Assembly (NCBI RefSeq): GCF_964355755.1
Contig: NC_092678.1
Span: 388,422-452,421 of the forward strand
Direction of reading: 5' to 3'
Source of the DNA: Antedon mediterranea
Taxonomy: Eukaryota; Animalia; Echinodermata
Length of the DNA stretch: 64,000 nt
Under the pieces are notes generated by a model. The model was not told where the DNA came from, did not search any database, and saw nothing but the letters and a program-made list of their open reading frames with translations. Each line of letters opens with the position of its first letter. The stretch's first letter is position 1. The position numbers were made by a program, and so were the translations under genes. Positions 1 through 11,164 of this stretch are shown here, in pieces.

Positions 1-69
1 TGGCGGGTTACTCGCTGTTGGATGAGTATGAAATAAAATAAAATAAAATTAAAATAAAATAAAATAATT

Positions 70-1290
70 TCCAGTCGAAAAGTTGCCTCATATCCTTCAA
101 CAAGTTTCAGTCAAAAAGTTCATTGCTGCATTTAACTTTTTGAGGTATGTGGCTTCCTGGCGCAAAGACAAATAGTCTTGATTTATCTATGGTGGTAATG
201 TAGTCGAGACCTTGATTTTGAAGACCGGAGAATGCAAGTCGCAAATTTCATTGAATTTGGAATTAAAATAAAAAAGTGCCTGTTCACAATCCTTGGCAGA
301 AGTTCCAGAGTGTGATAGCTAGATCAGACTGAAACCGTTCAAGATCAAAATGTCTGAAAGATTTGCCTTTCACTATGATAGGTGTTCTCTGGAAGTCTTG
401 CGCACAGTTAGGACACAGTCATGATCACTGATGGTAGATTGATCCAGGCAGATAGCAGAAGTAGAAGTGATTCTGGTTGGTTGATTTATCAGGCAATGCA
501 GATTATACTGGTTAGTGAGCTGGTTGAATTTATACCACAATTGGCCATTTTTGTCAAATGTGTTACAGTTAAAATCACCCAAACATATGATGACTTCGTA
601 AAATTAGGAAAAAATATTGTCAAGTGAAGTTTCCATGAAATCAAAAAAAGCAATTGTGTTATCATGAGGATGATACACTACTCCAACCGCAAAAGGATTG
701 AAATAGCCACTTCACTATCATCAATAAAATCACTAAGCCATGTTTCACTTATGGTCATAATGTTGTTCTGCTGCATTAGAATTGTAAGCTCGTCTACTTT
801 GTGATAAAGCGGATCGCATGTTCAGGTGGGCTATGCAAATTCCTTTGTGGGATTGCGAGCGATTAGTCAATGTTTCAAAATCATTAACAACGCCAGTAGA
901 ATTACTAACTGCTTGCTCGTCTTTAGCTAGACCCGGATTAAATTCAATATCACCAGATAGAGTCAGATGCAATGTGCCATAATATGCCGTTTGTTTTTTG
1001 CTTCTATACTTGCGTTTTTATAGTTACATATATATCTGTATAGTCAAGGTATCCAAAGTACATGGCACTAGCTACGCAGACTAGTGTAGAATTGTGAAAA
1101 ATGTAATACAGTATAATAATATACCGGGAAAAAATCCGTATAAAACAATACATTAGGACGATGACAATATGTTTATTATAAACATGGTGTGCGCATGCAA
1201 GATTTATATCTTTAAAAATCACCTCTCGTGAGAATGCTCTTCTCGCTGATCAATTTTGTGACCAGTAGATTGGAAATCTTCAATGCATTT
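70..1290 (-). mobile_element. Degenerate CR1/L2-group LINE (LINE-B), APE endonuclease region with 2A-like motif, copy 1
   Basis: Minus strand encodes LTLSGDIEFNPG, IAHLNMRS, MGDFN, INQPTRIT..CLD, ISDHD and post-APE KSFRHFD/DLHSPV; stops and deletions. Confidence 0.85.
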
Positions 1291-1400
1291 ATCAACCATA
1301 ATACTCTTTTTAATTTAGCAAACCCAAACCCTCTTAAGTACTTAAAAAAATTCAAAATCTAACATAGCCTAATCTTCTGAACAACAACACAACAACTTAC

Positions 1401-1510
1401 TGCAGATTTTGTCAAAAACCTTTTTTTGCTCAAATGTTAAAAAAGCGAATCCACACTTCTTGCCCAATTTCTGCTCCGGTGGAATGTATACAGATTTGAT
1501 TTTTCCATAC
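1401..1510 (-). pseudogene. Truncated RRM-domain exon (hnRNP A/B-like), copy 1; also 17463-17572
   Basis: YGKIKSVYIP..KKCGFAFLTF (RNP1-like) followed by a GTAAGT donor; broken at 1510. Confidence 0.7.
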
Positions 1511-1690
1511 AGTTCTGCCACTCTTCTTGATAACATTTTCTCAAACAGTCTAGACTCTTCAATGAGCGGCATTGTCATTAGTGACGCAACTGATCACCTT
1601 CCCGTTTTCACTGTGAACATTACTAATTCAAGTAAGTCTACAGACAAAGTGAAGCGTAAATTTAGAAAATTTAATGAAAACAATATTCCC
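1510..1690 (+). mobile_element. LINE-A ORF2 fragment, end of APE domain; also 17572-17752
   Basis: SSATLLDNIFSN..SGIVISDATDHLPVF; direct continuation of HRPTRITP broken at 5051. Confidence 0.85.
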
Positions 1691-2153
1691 CTACACAGGT
1701 CTCCGCGTGCGTGTGACGTGCCAAGCCAGCTTGATAGAGAAAGCATGCAGCTCACGCAAGTGCATGATGCAATGGTTGAGTGAATTCTGGGATCATCTTA
1801 ATTCCATGGTTTGTTACCTAAACACCACATGATGGTGAATATGCCTGTTAAAGTCTCAATGATACGATCCCTTAATGTACCATGTTGTTGCTAGGAGGCT
1901 TGAAAGGAGGAGGGATCTAGCCTAGTCGTCGGCAAGAGAATGCCGTTCTCTGACAATTTAAGGTCGGCAATTGAAATTCGTGGGCTGGAAATTACACCAA
2001 ATTATATAGTTACATAAGAGAATAGCCGAAAATGCGATTTGCAGCCACATAAACAAAAAAAAATTCAAGGGTATGGTTCCACTAAACAACTTATCCACCC
2101 CACCGTCAAACCTGGATACGGCCCTGAATACATTATCCTGTTTTCTTTAGCAG

Positions 2154-2700
2154 GTCAATATGGAAACAATGAACGTGGTGTGGCCGTTACTGGAGGTGGT
2201 AGTGGTGTGGCTACAGGGAATATGACTGCAGGGAATATGGCTGGAGGCAATATGGCTGGAGGCGATATGGCTGGAGGCGATACACAGAGATCGATTATGA
2301 TGTAAGGAACAATTCTCTAGAAAAAAATAATGTACCTAAATCAAGATTTTAGGAGAATTACTGTCTTTGCAGATTGTAGTTTTAGCATAGCAAAATATTT
2401 TAGCTTTCGCTAAATTGTTAGTTAGACTCCTCCAAAACGCATGTGAGTAATTTTAGTCTCTATCCCACCAAAGTATCAGGACACGATTTTAGACACTTAC
2501 TGAACTTACTCACATGCATCAAAATAACAGAGGTGGTACACCATATAATACCGGTAAGTAACCCTCTATCACTGTTTAATGTTCAGGGAATGCTGGTATG
2601 TCTTGTGGAGGCGGTGGTGCAAACGTCAGTAATTTTGGATTCGGACCAATGACAGGTAATCAGCAGTACATTAACAGAGGTGGTACACCATACAATACCG
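2154..2700 (+). pseudogene. Gly-rich and M9/PY-NLS-like exons of an hnRNP A/B-like gene; also 18216-18762
   Basis: Exon 2154-2301 (GGGSG, repeated MAGG, tttag/cag acceptor); exon 2587-2700 (ttcag..gtaagt) encodes NAGMSCGGGGANVSNFGFGPMTGNQQYINRGGTPYNT; a duplicate of that exon end lies at 2525-2560. Confidence 0.65.
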
Positions 2701-2952
2701 GTAAGTAATGTTAAACTGTGCTCTCACTGTAATACTGTACACAAAGTAAAACAAAGTGAATGGGCAACCCCAATTGGGCCTAAAATCTCTGTAGATCTTG
2801 GATTTAGACTTTTGGTTGCTTTATATAGACAATCATGGTAGGCACACAGGTCTATAAGCTTCATATCTTTTTACATCAGCTGAGTTTTAGGCTCTCGTAT
2901 TTATTGGTACTATTTACTGATCTCTTCAAACGAACTGTCGAAGCTAGCCCTA

Positions 2953-3786
2953 ATGGCCGCAAACACGAAGGAAACTCCCGCCGCGACGGGCACAACAACA
3001 AGACAATCAAAACAAACCCGTCTGTCAATGTCGGAAGTTATGAATAGTCCAGATATGGTTCTATTCATTGAAGATATCATTAAAAAGGCGTTCCAGGGAC
3101 CAACGATTGCTGATATTATTGGTAAGCTAGTACTGGATTCTTTCTCAAGTAAGAAATTCATGGAGTTATTTAATAGAAGTATCATGGTTACCATGGAAAC
3201 TACCTTAAACAGAATTGATAAGTTAGAAGGCGAATACTACGATCTTGAAAACAAAATTTCAAATATTGAATCTGAGTCGGAATCTATTAGTTCTTATGTA
3301 GACGAAATAAAAACTGTAATACATAAGCAAAATGAATTAATAGATGACCTTGAGCAATACTCTCGACGAAACAGCGTCAGAGTTTTTGGAATTCCAGAAA
3401 CCGATAAAGAAAGCACTGACGAAATCATATGCAAATTAGCCAGCAGTAAGCTTGGAGTCGATGTAAACAAACTTGACATCGATCGATCACACCGTACTGG
3501 ACCACGGAACTCAACTTCACGGCGACCTAGACCCATTCTAGTCAAGTTTACCTCATACAGGACCAGGAAAAGTGTTTTAATATCACGTAGGAAACTGAAA
3601 GGTAGTGGAGTATCTATACAAGAGGATCTGACTCAAGCTAAACGCAATCTACTTGCCCAAGTTAAACAGAACTCTAAATCAAACAACGTTTGGTCAATTG
3701 ATGGGCGTGTATTTGCATCTGTAAACAAGAATGGCCGTGAAGTGGTGGTCAACATATCTTGCCAAGACGACATTAAGAAACTCTAA
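2953..3786 (+). CDS. LINE-A ORF1 (coiled coil + RRM, L1 transposase_22-like), intact
   Basis: DDLEQYSRRNSVRVFGIPE, IDRSHR, RPRPILVKF, IQEDLT, WSIDGRVF motifs. Confidence 0.9.
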   Translation: MAANTKETPAATGTTTRQSKQTRLSMSEVMNSPDMVLFIEDIIKKAFQGPTIADIIGKLVLDSFSSKKFMELFNRSIMVTMETTLNRIDKLEGEYYDLENKISNIESESESISSYVDEIKTVIHKQNELIDDLEQYSRRNSVRVFGIPETDKESTDEIICKLASSKLGVDVNKLDIDRSHRTGPRNSTSRRPRPILVKFTSYRTRKSVLISRRKLKGSGVSIQEDLTQAKRNLLAQVKQNSKSNNVWSIDGRVFASVNKNGREVVVNISCQDDIKKL

Positions 3787-4329
3787 GTTGTTTTCGTTGT
3801 TTGTTTTTTCTCATTAATACACGTTTATAAAGTGATGTAATTTATTGTTCCATTAATACTCATTGTTTATATTTATCATACTTTTGGGGTTTTTTTGGGA
3901 TATTATTGGAGATTATTTATCTACTTCATTTGATATTATAAAATGAATGCTATGTTTGTATTTTCAGATACGAATGAATATCAGCTTTCGAAAATAATCA
4001 ATTATGCAAGTAATCGAATTACAAATAATGCATTAATACATATTTACAATATTTTAATTTAAACTTAGATAATCAACTCAATTATTATTGATACAATTTT
4101 ACCCAACAGCACCATACTGCTGTATAACCTATTTCATGTGATATAATGTGTATATATGTATATATAAGAGAAAAGTTGCTATTTTCAAATGTTGTTTTTT
4201 AAAGTTACTCACTTCTTAATGTTGATAGTTAATAGACTTGTGAGTTATGTTATGTACTGTAATTCAAGCTCTAAGCTTTTAGTTTTTTTATTATTCAAAT
4301 CTAACTATTTTTATTTGTTTGTTAATAAT

Positions 4330-5051
4330 ATGGAAGCACAATACCAAAATAATAACCATGACCGACTCTCTAATTTAGTTTTTAACCCCTCTACACACAG
4401 TAGACAATTCGACGATATAGACCCAGATAATTTTTTTAATGACATAAATATCTCAAATTATTACCTGCCAAATGAATTTAACACTCAGTTTATTGACAAA
4501 ACCCAATTTAACTTTTCTTGTGTCCATTTTAATGCCAGAAGCCTGCAAAAAAATTTTGATTCTATCTATGATTGCATTCAATCTTTAAACTTTAATTTCA
4601 ATATTATTTCAATTACAGAAACATGGATGGATCACCCAAGCCCACTTATTCAGATACCCAACTATACATTTCTTTGCAATCCTCGTTCATATAAATGTGG
4701 AGGAACTGGAATTTTTGTAAATGATAATACACGCTATTCAATCAGAGATGATTTAACTTCTACTCAATACTTCTGTGAATCACAATTTATTGAAGTGCAT
4801 ACAGACAAAGAATCTATTCTAATAGGTACTATATATAGACCTCACGAAATTAATATGCCTTTTTTTACAGAACAACTTGAACTTCTTTAAAAACAAATAT
4901 CTAGAGAGAAAAAAAAGGTATTTCTTTTAGGTGATTTTAATGTCGATATTTTAAAATTTGATTCAAATAATAATGTAAATGATTTTGTCCATTGTCTATT
5001 TAACAATTCTTTTTATCCTCTTATCCACAGACCCACAAGAATAACTCCCAG
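4330..5051 (+). pseudogene. LINE-A ORF2 N-terminus (APE endonuclease), stop at 4888, truncated at 5051
   Basis: DIDPDNFF, HFNARSL, ITETW, GGTGIFV, IYRP, LGDFN, HRPTRIT. Confidence 0.9.
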
Positions 5052-5755
5052 AAATATTCTCCGATAATGGTCCTCAATTCCAGCGAGAGTATGATGAATT
5101 TTGCGCTGAATGGGGCATTGATCATACCACGAGTAGCCCAGGAGATCCTCAGTCAAACGGGTTCATTGAGCGACAAGTTCGTTACATAAAACCCATCATA
5201 AAAAAATGTTTAAAAACCGGCGGAGATATTAACAAAGCACTATTGAATGTTAGAGCTACATCATTGGACACATGTGTACCAAGTCCGGCTGAACTGATGT
5301 TTAATCGACCTATACCAACATTAACACCAAGTCGTCAAGCAGCAAACAACTCGCAACAAGAAGAATATTGTAGAAAACTGCAACAAGCTACGCAGCGACA
5401 AAAAGAATATGCAGATAAAAACACTCATGAACTCCCACCTATTCCTGATGGAAGCAATGTTCGAGTTTATGATAAGTCCACAAAGCAATGGAAACCTGCG
5501 ACGACTGTGGAAAAGTGTGTCCAACCAAGATCATATATTATACAAGCGGAAAATGGAAATCTGCTGAGACGAAATCGCGTACATTTGAGGAAGGTACCTC
5601 AACAGAATGCCCAAATCAATGGTAGCACAGCACCTGAAAATGTTGTACCAACCTGGCAACCGATAGACCAAAATCCGTCTATTCTGAATATGAGTAACAC
5701 GCGCTCTAAGAGAAGTGTGAAACCTCCTACGCGTTTAATTGAAACAAAAGAGTGA
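5051..5755 (+). mobile_element. Gypsy LTR-retrotransposon integrase C-terminal fragment, copy 1
   Basis: Open frame SDNGPQF..TSSP..PQSNGFIER..SPAELMFNR..PRSYII..RRNRVHLR; no LTR recognised. Confidence 0.9.
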
Positions 5756-6087
5756 TTTTGGACTGTAACGTGATCTACAAGTTTAAAATGTATGTTCAAT
5801 ACCACGGATTGTTAAAGTTGCAGTTCTAGGAAGTTATGAAACAAGTTGTGTTTTTGAAGTTTTTATTTTTGAACATTTGAACGTTTATAGTTAATACAGT
5901 TTGGAACTTTTTGGACAATTACGGACACCGAAACCATATAACCATAGCAACGCTACTGGCACTAAGGGCAGTTCTAATACAACGCCATGTTTGAAAATAA
6001 TACCAATTAATAGATATATATTAAACATCAAAATAATCAGTAAAACGTGTCTGACAATCATTAAAGAGGCGTAGCCTAGATTTCATA

Positions 6088-6255
6088 ACAATACATCGTA
6101 GGCTACGAACAATACTTCGTAGGCTACGAACAATGCATCGTAGGCTACGAACAATACATCGTAGGAGAGAACAATACATCGTAGGAGAGAACAATACATC
6201 GTAGGCTACAAACATTACATCGTAGGCTACAAACAACATCGTAGGAGAGAACAAT
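6088..6255. repeat. ~21-22-bp minisatellite (acaatacatcgtaggctacga); also ~10295-10528 and ~22150-22342
   Basis: Direct tandem repeats; array length differs between the three copies. Confidence 0.9.
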
Positions 6256-6371
6256 GACCTACGTTCTACCTACGATCTACCTACGCGTAGATACGAAGCA
6301 GTAATTTCTTTCTGTACTGTAAAGACACACTGGAAGGCTTATTGTGGATTGATAACTTTAGACAAATACAA

Positions 6372-6834
6372 TTAGATCAAATCATGAGACAAAAGGAAGA
6401 TAACGAATGAAGTTAATGAATGGAATAAGAAAATGTTGCATGAAACCTGTACGAATATTATATGCATTCAAGCAGAAGATTTTGTAGTTAACAGCAAGAA
6501 AGAACACGTTAAGTGCGAAACACCTCGGAAATCACGTAAAACTAATTTATTAAATTATTTGTGGATTGCACAAATGGATGTATGGGATATGTTGAAGAAA
6601 TAACCAAGCATTATCAAACAAAAAAACAATATCTATTAAAGTGAATTTTGACAACAATGAAATTGGTATTCAGTTAATTGAAATGTTTCAAGCTATTGGC
6701 AAAAAATACAGCCGAAAGCAATTTCCTCTCAAATTAGCTTATGCATGTACAGTTCATAAAGTGCAGGAAATAACAATGAATAAAAGGCATCAGTTAGCTT
6801 TAAAAATACTTTTGTGCCTGGACAAGCATACGTA
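6372..6834 (+). pseudogene. PIF1-family helicase fragment (Helitron/Helentron-like); also 10644-11106 and 22458-22920
   Basis: LDQIMRQKED, NGCMGYV, RKQFPLKLAYACTVHKVQ and GQAYV in correct order, with deletions and frameshifts. Confidence 0.85.
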
Positions 6835-6911
6835 CAAATGATGAGCTGTTGATACAGTATTTCTCCAAATATGGGGAAATTATTGAAATGAGAGATTGAT
6901 TGGTTGAGATC

Positions 6912-8897
6912 GGGAGGAGATAATATTTGAGGGGAAGAAGCATACGAAACCAAAAGTAAAAAAGGCCTCCTCCTTGGTAACCGAGGGGAGACTGTGCGCG
7001 CTCGAGGAGCGCGCTGAGCAAACAAACAACTTGCTACAGCAGCTTGTTCAGAACCTGAATGGGCCTAGGCCACAGGTTAGTTATGACAGCCAGGAAAGTT
7101 TTTCCGGCGATAATGATAGCTTGTCAGTAGATTCTAACTACTCAGGTTTCCATTCATGCAATACACCAAGAAACCAGACAAGCGATATTAATAATGATAT
7201 TGATATTAATACTGTTTTCGACGATGGTTTGGCCTTGGCTAAGCCTATGGCCCCACCTCCAGGTTTTGCTGCACGGTTTGCGTCAGCAGAGGAAACAGGA
7301 CCTGAGATTACCAAGGAATTGTCAGACAGTATAACTTACTTGCTCCATTCTCCAATGGATGTGAGAATATACAACTGGAGCTTTCTAAAGCATATCTGGT
7401 TCCAGATAATGCAAAAGCACTAATAGTGCCCAAAGTAAACCCGACCCTGTGGGACGGGATATCCGGAAAATCAAGGTCTTTAGATCTGAAGTTTCAACGG
7501 ATACAGAAGCCTCTCATAAAAGGCATCACAGCTCTAGCCCATGCATTGGGAAATGAGCATAATGAACGATCTCAAGATGCACTTGCCTTATTGGCAAATG
7601 CAAATTACGAGTTATTGGGACTACGAAAAGAAGTCCTAAAACCGGAGATTAACAAGGATTATAGACATCTCTGTAAGCCGACTACAAAACCAACAGAATT
7701 TCTGTTCGGAAATTTAGGAAAATCTGTAAAACGGCTTGATGAAGAGAGGAAGGCAACATCCGGACTCCTAAAGACCAACAATTGGGTCATTAATAACAAT
7801 CTGAAATGAAGAGGTATGATATACCAACTATTCATAATGAAATAGTGGGAGGTCGACTGAGGTCATACCTACCTGCTGGGAAAAAGCGCACTTCCGATCT
7901 ATATATTTTAAATGCTGTCACTGGCTATAAAATAGAATTTTGTAAACAAATTCCACAATATTTAAGAGGGAGAATTCCTCATCCATATAACCCGAGTGTT
8001 ATAGAAATGGCTGCGATTGATGAACAGGTCTTAAAATTACTGGATAAAGGAGTAATAAAGTCCTCTTATTACGAACCTGACCAATTTGTTTCTAATTTAT
8101 TTGTAAGGCCAAAAAAGGATGGAGGTTTTCGAACTATCCTTGATCTCTCAAAGTTAAATGAGTATGTTGCCTACAAACATTTTAAGATGGAAACATTTTC
8201 AAATGCACTCACACTTATAGACCAAGGGGTATACATGACCTCAGTTGACCTCAAAGATGCTTATTATACAGTTCCCATAGCATATTCAGACGTAAAGTAC
8301 TTAAAGTTTGTCTGGAAAGGGAATCTTTATGCATTTGGGGCATTACCTAATGGCCTAAGCACAGGGCCAAGACTGTTTACGAAACTACTGAAGCCTCCAC
8401 TAGCATATTTAAGAAGTAGAGGCCATATTGTCCTAATTTATATTGACGATATACTTGCTATTAATAAGTGTCGAGACAAAGCAAAACACACAGCCAGAGA
8501 AGTTTGTGAAATCTTGACGTCATTGGGGTTCATTATAAATTATAAAAAATCCGTATTATACAGCCCACTCGAACAATAACCTTTTTAGGGTTTGAAATTA
8601 ACTCAGTCACAATGACTGGTGTTACTCTCCCTCAATCAAAGAAAGAGGAGATATTTAATGAGTGTCATCAAGTAATTACCTCTGTCCAGACTACTATTAG
8701 ACGGGTTGCAAGCCTGCTAGGGAAACTGGTAGCTGCACTCCCAGCTGTGGAATATGGCAAATTACATTACAGGGCCCTTGAAAAAGGAAAAATTATGTCC
8801 CTGAGACACAATAAAGGCCACTATGACAGAACAATGACCATTAATGAGAATGGCAGGGCCGACATTACCTGGTGGCAGCACAATATATATTATGTGG
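6912..8897 (+). mobile_element. DIRS-type retrotransposon fragment, copy 1 (gag, RT), 5'-deleted and frameshifted
   Basis: gag VPKVNPTLW/FLFG; RT VGGRL, PKKDGGFRTILDL, DLKDAY, YIDD. Confidence 0.9.
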
Positions 8898-9962
8898 ATG
8901 GATCACCCAAGCCCACTTATTCGATAAGTGATAATACACGCTATTCAACCAGAGATGATTTAACTTCTACTCAATACTTCTGTGAATCACAATTTATTGA
9001 AGTGCATACAGACAAAGAATCTATTCTAATAGGTACTATATATAGACCTCACGAAATTAATATGCCTTTTTTTACAGAACAACTTGAACTTCTTTTAAAA
9101 CAAATATCTAGAGAGAAAAAAAAGGTATTTCTTTTAGGTGATTTTAATGTCGATATTTTAAAATTTGATTCAAATAATAATGTAAATGATTTTGTCCATT
9201 GTCTATTTAACAATTCTTTTTATCCTCTTATCCACAGACCCACAAGAATAACTCCCAGAAATATTCTCCGATAATGGTCCTCAATTCCAGCGAGAGTATG
9301 ATGAATTTTGCGCTGAATGGGGCATTGATCATACCACGAGTAGCCCAGGAGATCCTCAGTCAAACGGGTTCATTGAGCGACAAGTTCGTTACATAAAACC
9401 CATCATAAAAAAATGTTTAAAAACCGGCGGAGATATTAACAAAGCACTATTGAATGTTAGAGCTACACCATTGGACACAGGTGTACCAAGTCCGGCTGAA
9501 CTGATGTTTAATCGACCTATACCAACATTAACACCAAGTCGTCAAGCAGCAAACAACTCGCAACAAGAAGAATATTGTAGAAAACTGCAACAAGCTACGC
9601 AGCGACAAAAAGAATATGCAGATAAAAACACTCATGAACTCCCACCTATTCCTGATGGAAGCAATGTTCGAGTTTATGATAAGTCCACAAAGCAATGGAA
9701 ACCTGCGACGACTGTGGAAAAGTGTGTCCAACCAAGATCATATATTATACAAGCGGAAAATGGAAATCTGCTGAGACGAAATCGCGTACATTTGAGGAAG
9801 GTACCTCAACAGAATGCCCAAATCAATGGTAGCACAGCACCTGAAAATGTTGTACCAACCTGGCAACCGATAGACCAAAATCCGTCTATTCTGAATATGA
9901 GTAACACGCGCTCTAAGAGAAGTGTGAAACCTCCTACGCGTTTAATTGAAACAAAAGAGTGA
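8898..9962 (+). mobile_element. Duplicated LINE-A APE piece and Gypsy integrase (start of internal duplication)
   Basis: Near-identical to 4624-5755; junction with DIRS at ~8897. Confidence 0.9.
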
Positions 9963-11105
9963 TTTTGGACTGTAACGTGATCTACAAGTTTAAAATGTAT
10001 GTTCAATACCACTGATTGTTAAAGTTGCAGTTCTAGGAAGTTATGAAACAAGTTGTGTTTTTGAAGTTTTTATTTTTGAACATTTGAACGTTTATAGTTA
10101 ATACAGTTTGGAACTTTTTGGACAATTACGGACACCGAAACCATATAACCATAGCAACGCTACTGGCACTAAGGGCAGTTCTAATACAACGCCATGTTTG
10201 AAAATAATACCAATTAATAGATATATATTAAACATCAAAATAATCAGTAAAACGTGTCTGACAATCATTAAAGAGGCGTAGCCTAGATTTCATAACAATA
10301 CATCGTAGGCTACGAACAATACTTCGTAGGCTAGGAACAATGCATCGTAGGCTACGAACAATACAGCGTAGGAGAGAACAATACATCGTAGGCTACGAAC
10401 AATACATCGTAGGCTACAAACAATACATCGTAGGCTACAAACAATACATCGTAGGAGAGAACAATACATCGTAGGCTACAAACATTACATCGTAGGCTAC
10501 AAACAATACATCGTAGGAGAGAACAATGACCTACGATCTACCTACGATCTACCTACGCGTAGATACGAAGCAGTAATTTCTTTCTGTACTGTAAAGACAC
10601 ACTGGAAGGCTTATTGTGGATTGATAACTTTAGACAAATACAATTAGATCAAATCATGAGACAAAAGGAAGATAACGAATGAAGTTAATGAATGGAATAA
10701 GAAAATGTTGCATGAAACCTGTACGAATATTATATGCATTCAAGCAGAAGATATTGTAGTTAACAGCAAGAAAGAACACGTTAAGTGCGAAACACCTCGG
10801 AAATCACGTAAAACTAATTTATTAAATTATTTGTGGATTGCACAAATGGATGTATGGGATATGTTGAAGAAATAACCAAGCATTATCAAACAAAAAACCA
10901 ATATCTATTAAAGTGAATTTTGACAACAATGAAATTGGTATTCAGTTAATTGAAATGTTTCAAGCTATTGGCAAAAAATACAGCCGAAAGCAATTTCCTC
11001 TCAAATTAGCTTATGCATGTACAGTTCATAAAGTGCAGGAAATAACAATGAATAAAAGGCATCAGTTAGCTTTAAAAATACTTTTGTGCCTGGACAAGCA
11101 TACGT

Positions 11106-11162
11106 ACAAATGATGAGCTGTTGAGACAGTATTTCTCCAAATATGGGGAAATTATTGAAATG
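11106..11162 (+). pseudogene. Short RRM fragment; also 6834-6890 and 22920-22976
   Basis: TNDELLRQYFSKYGEIIE, typical of helix 1 of hnRNP/Musashi RRMs; sits between the PIF1 and DIRS pieces. Confidence 0.6.
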
Positions 11163-11164
11163 AG

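Noticed and set aside
1900-2126. Complete hAT MITE inside the unit
   Set aside because: Right end cctggatacggccctg is typical, but the left TIR and TSD could not be identified
8612-9274. Novel DIRS-APE fusion protein
   Set aside because: Chance in-frame junction of the internal duplication; both parts are partial and downstream of a frameshift
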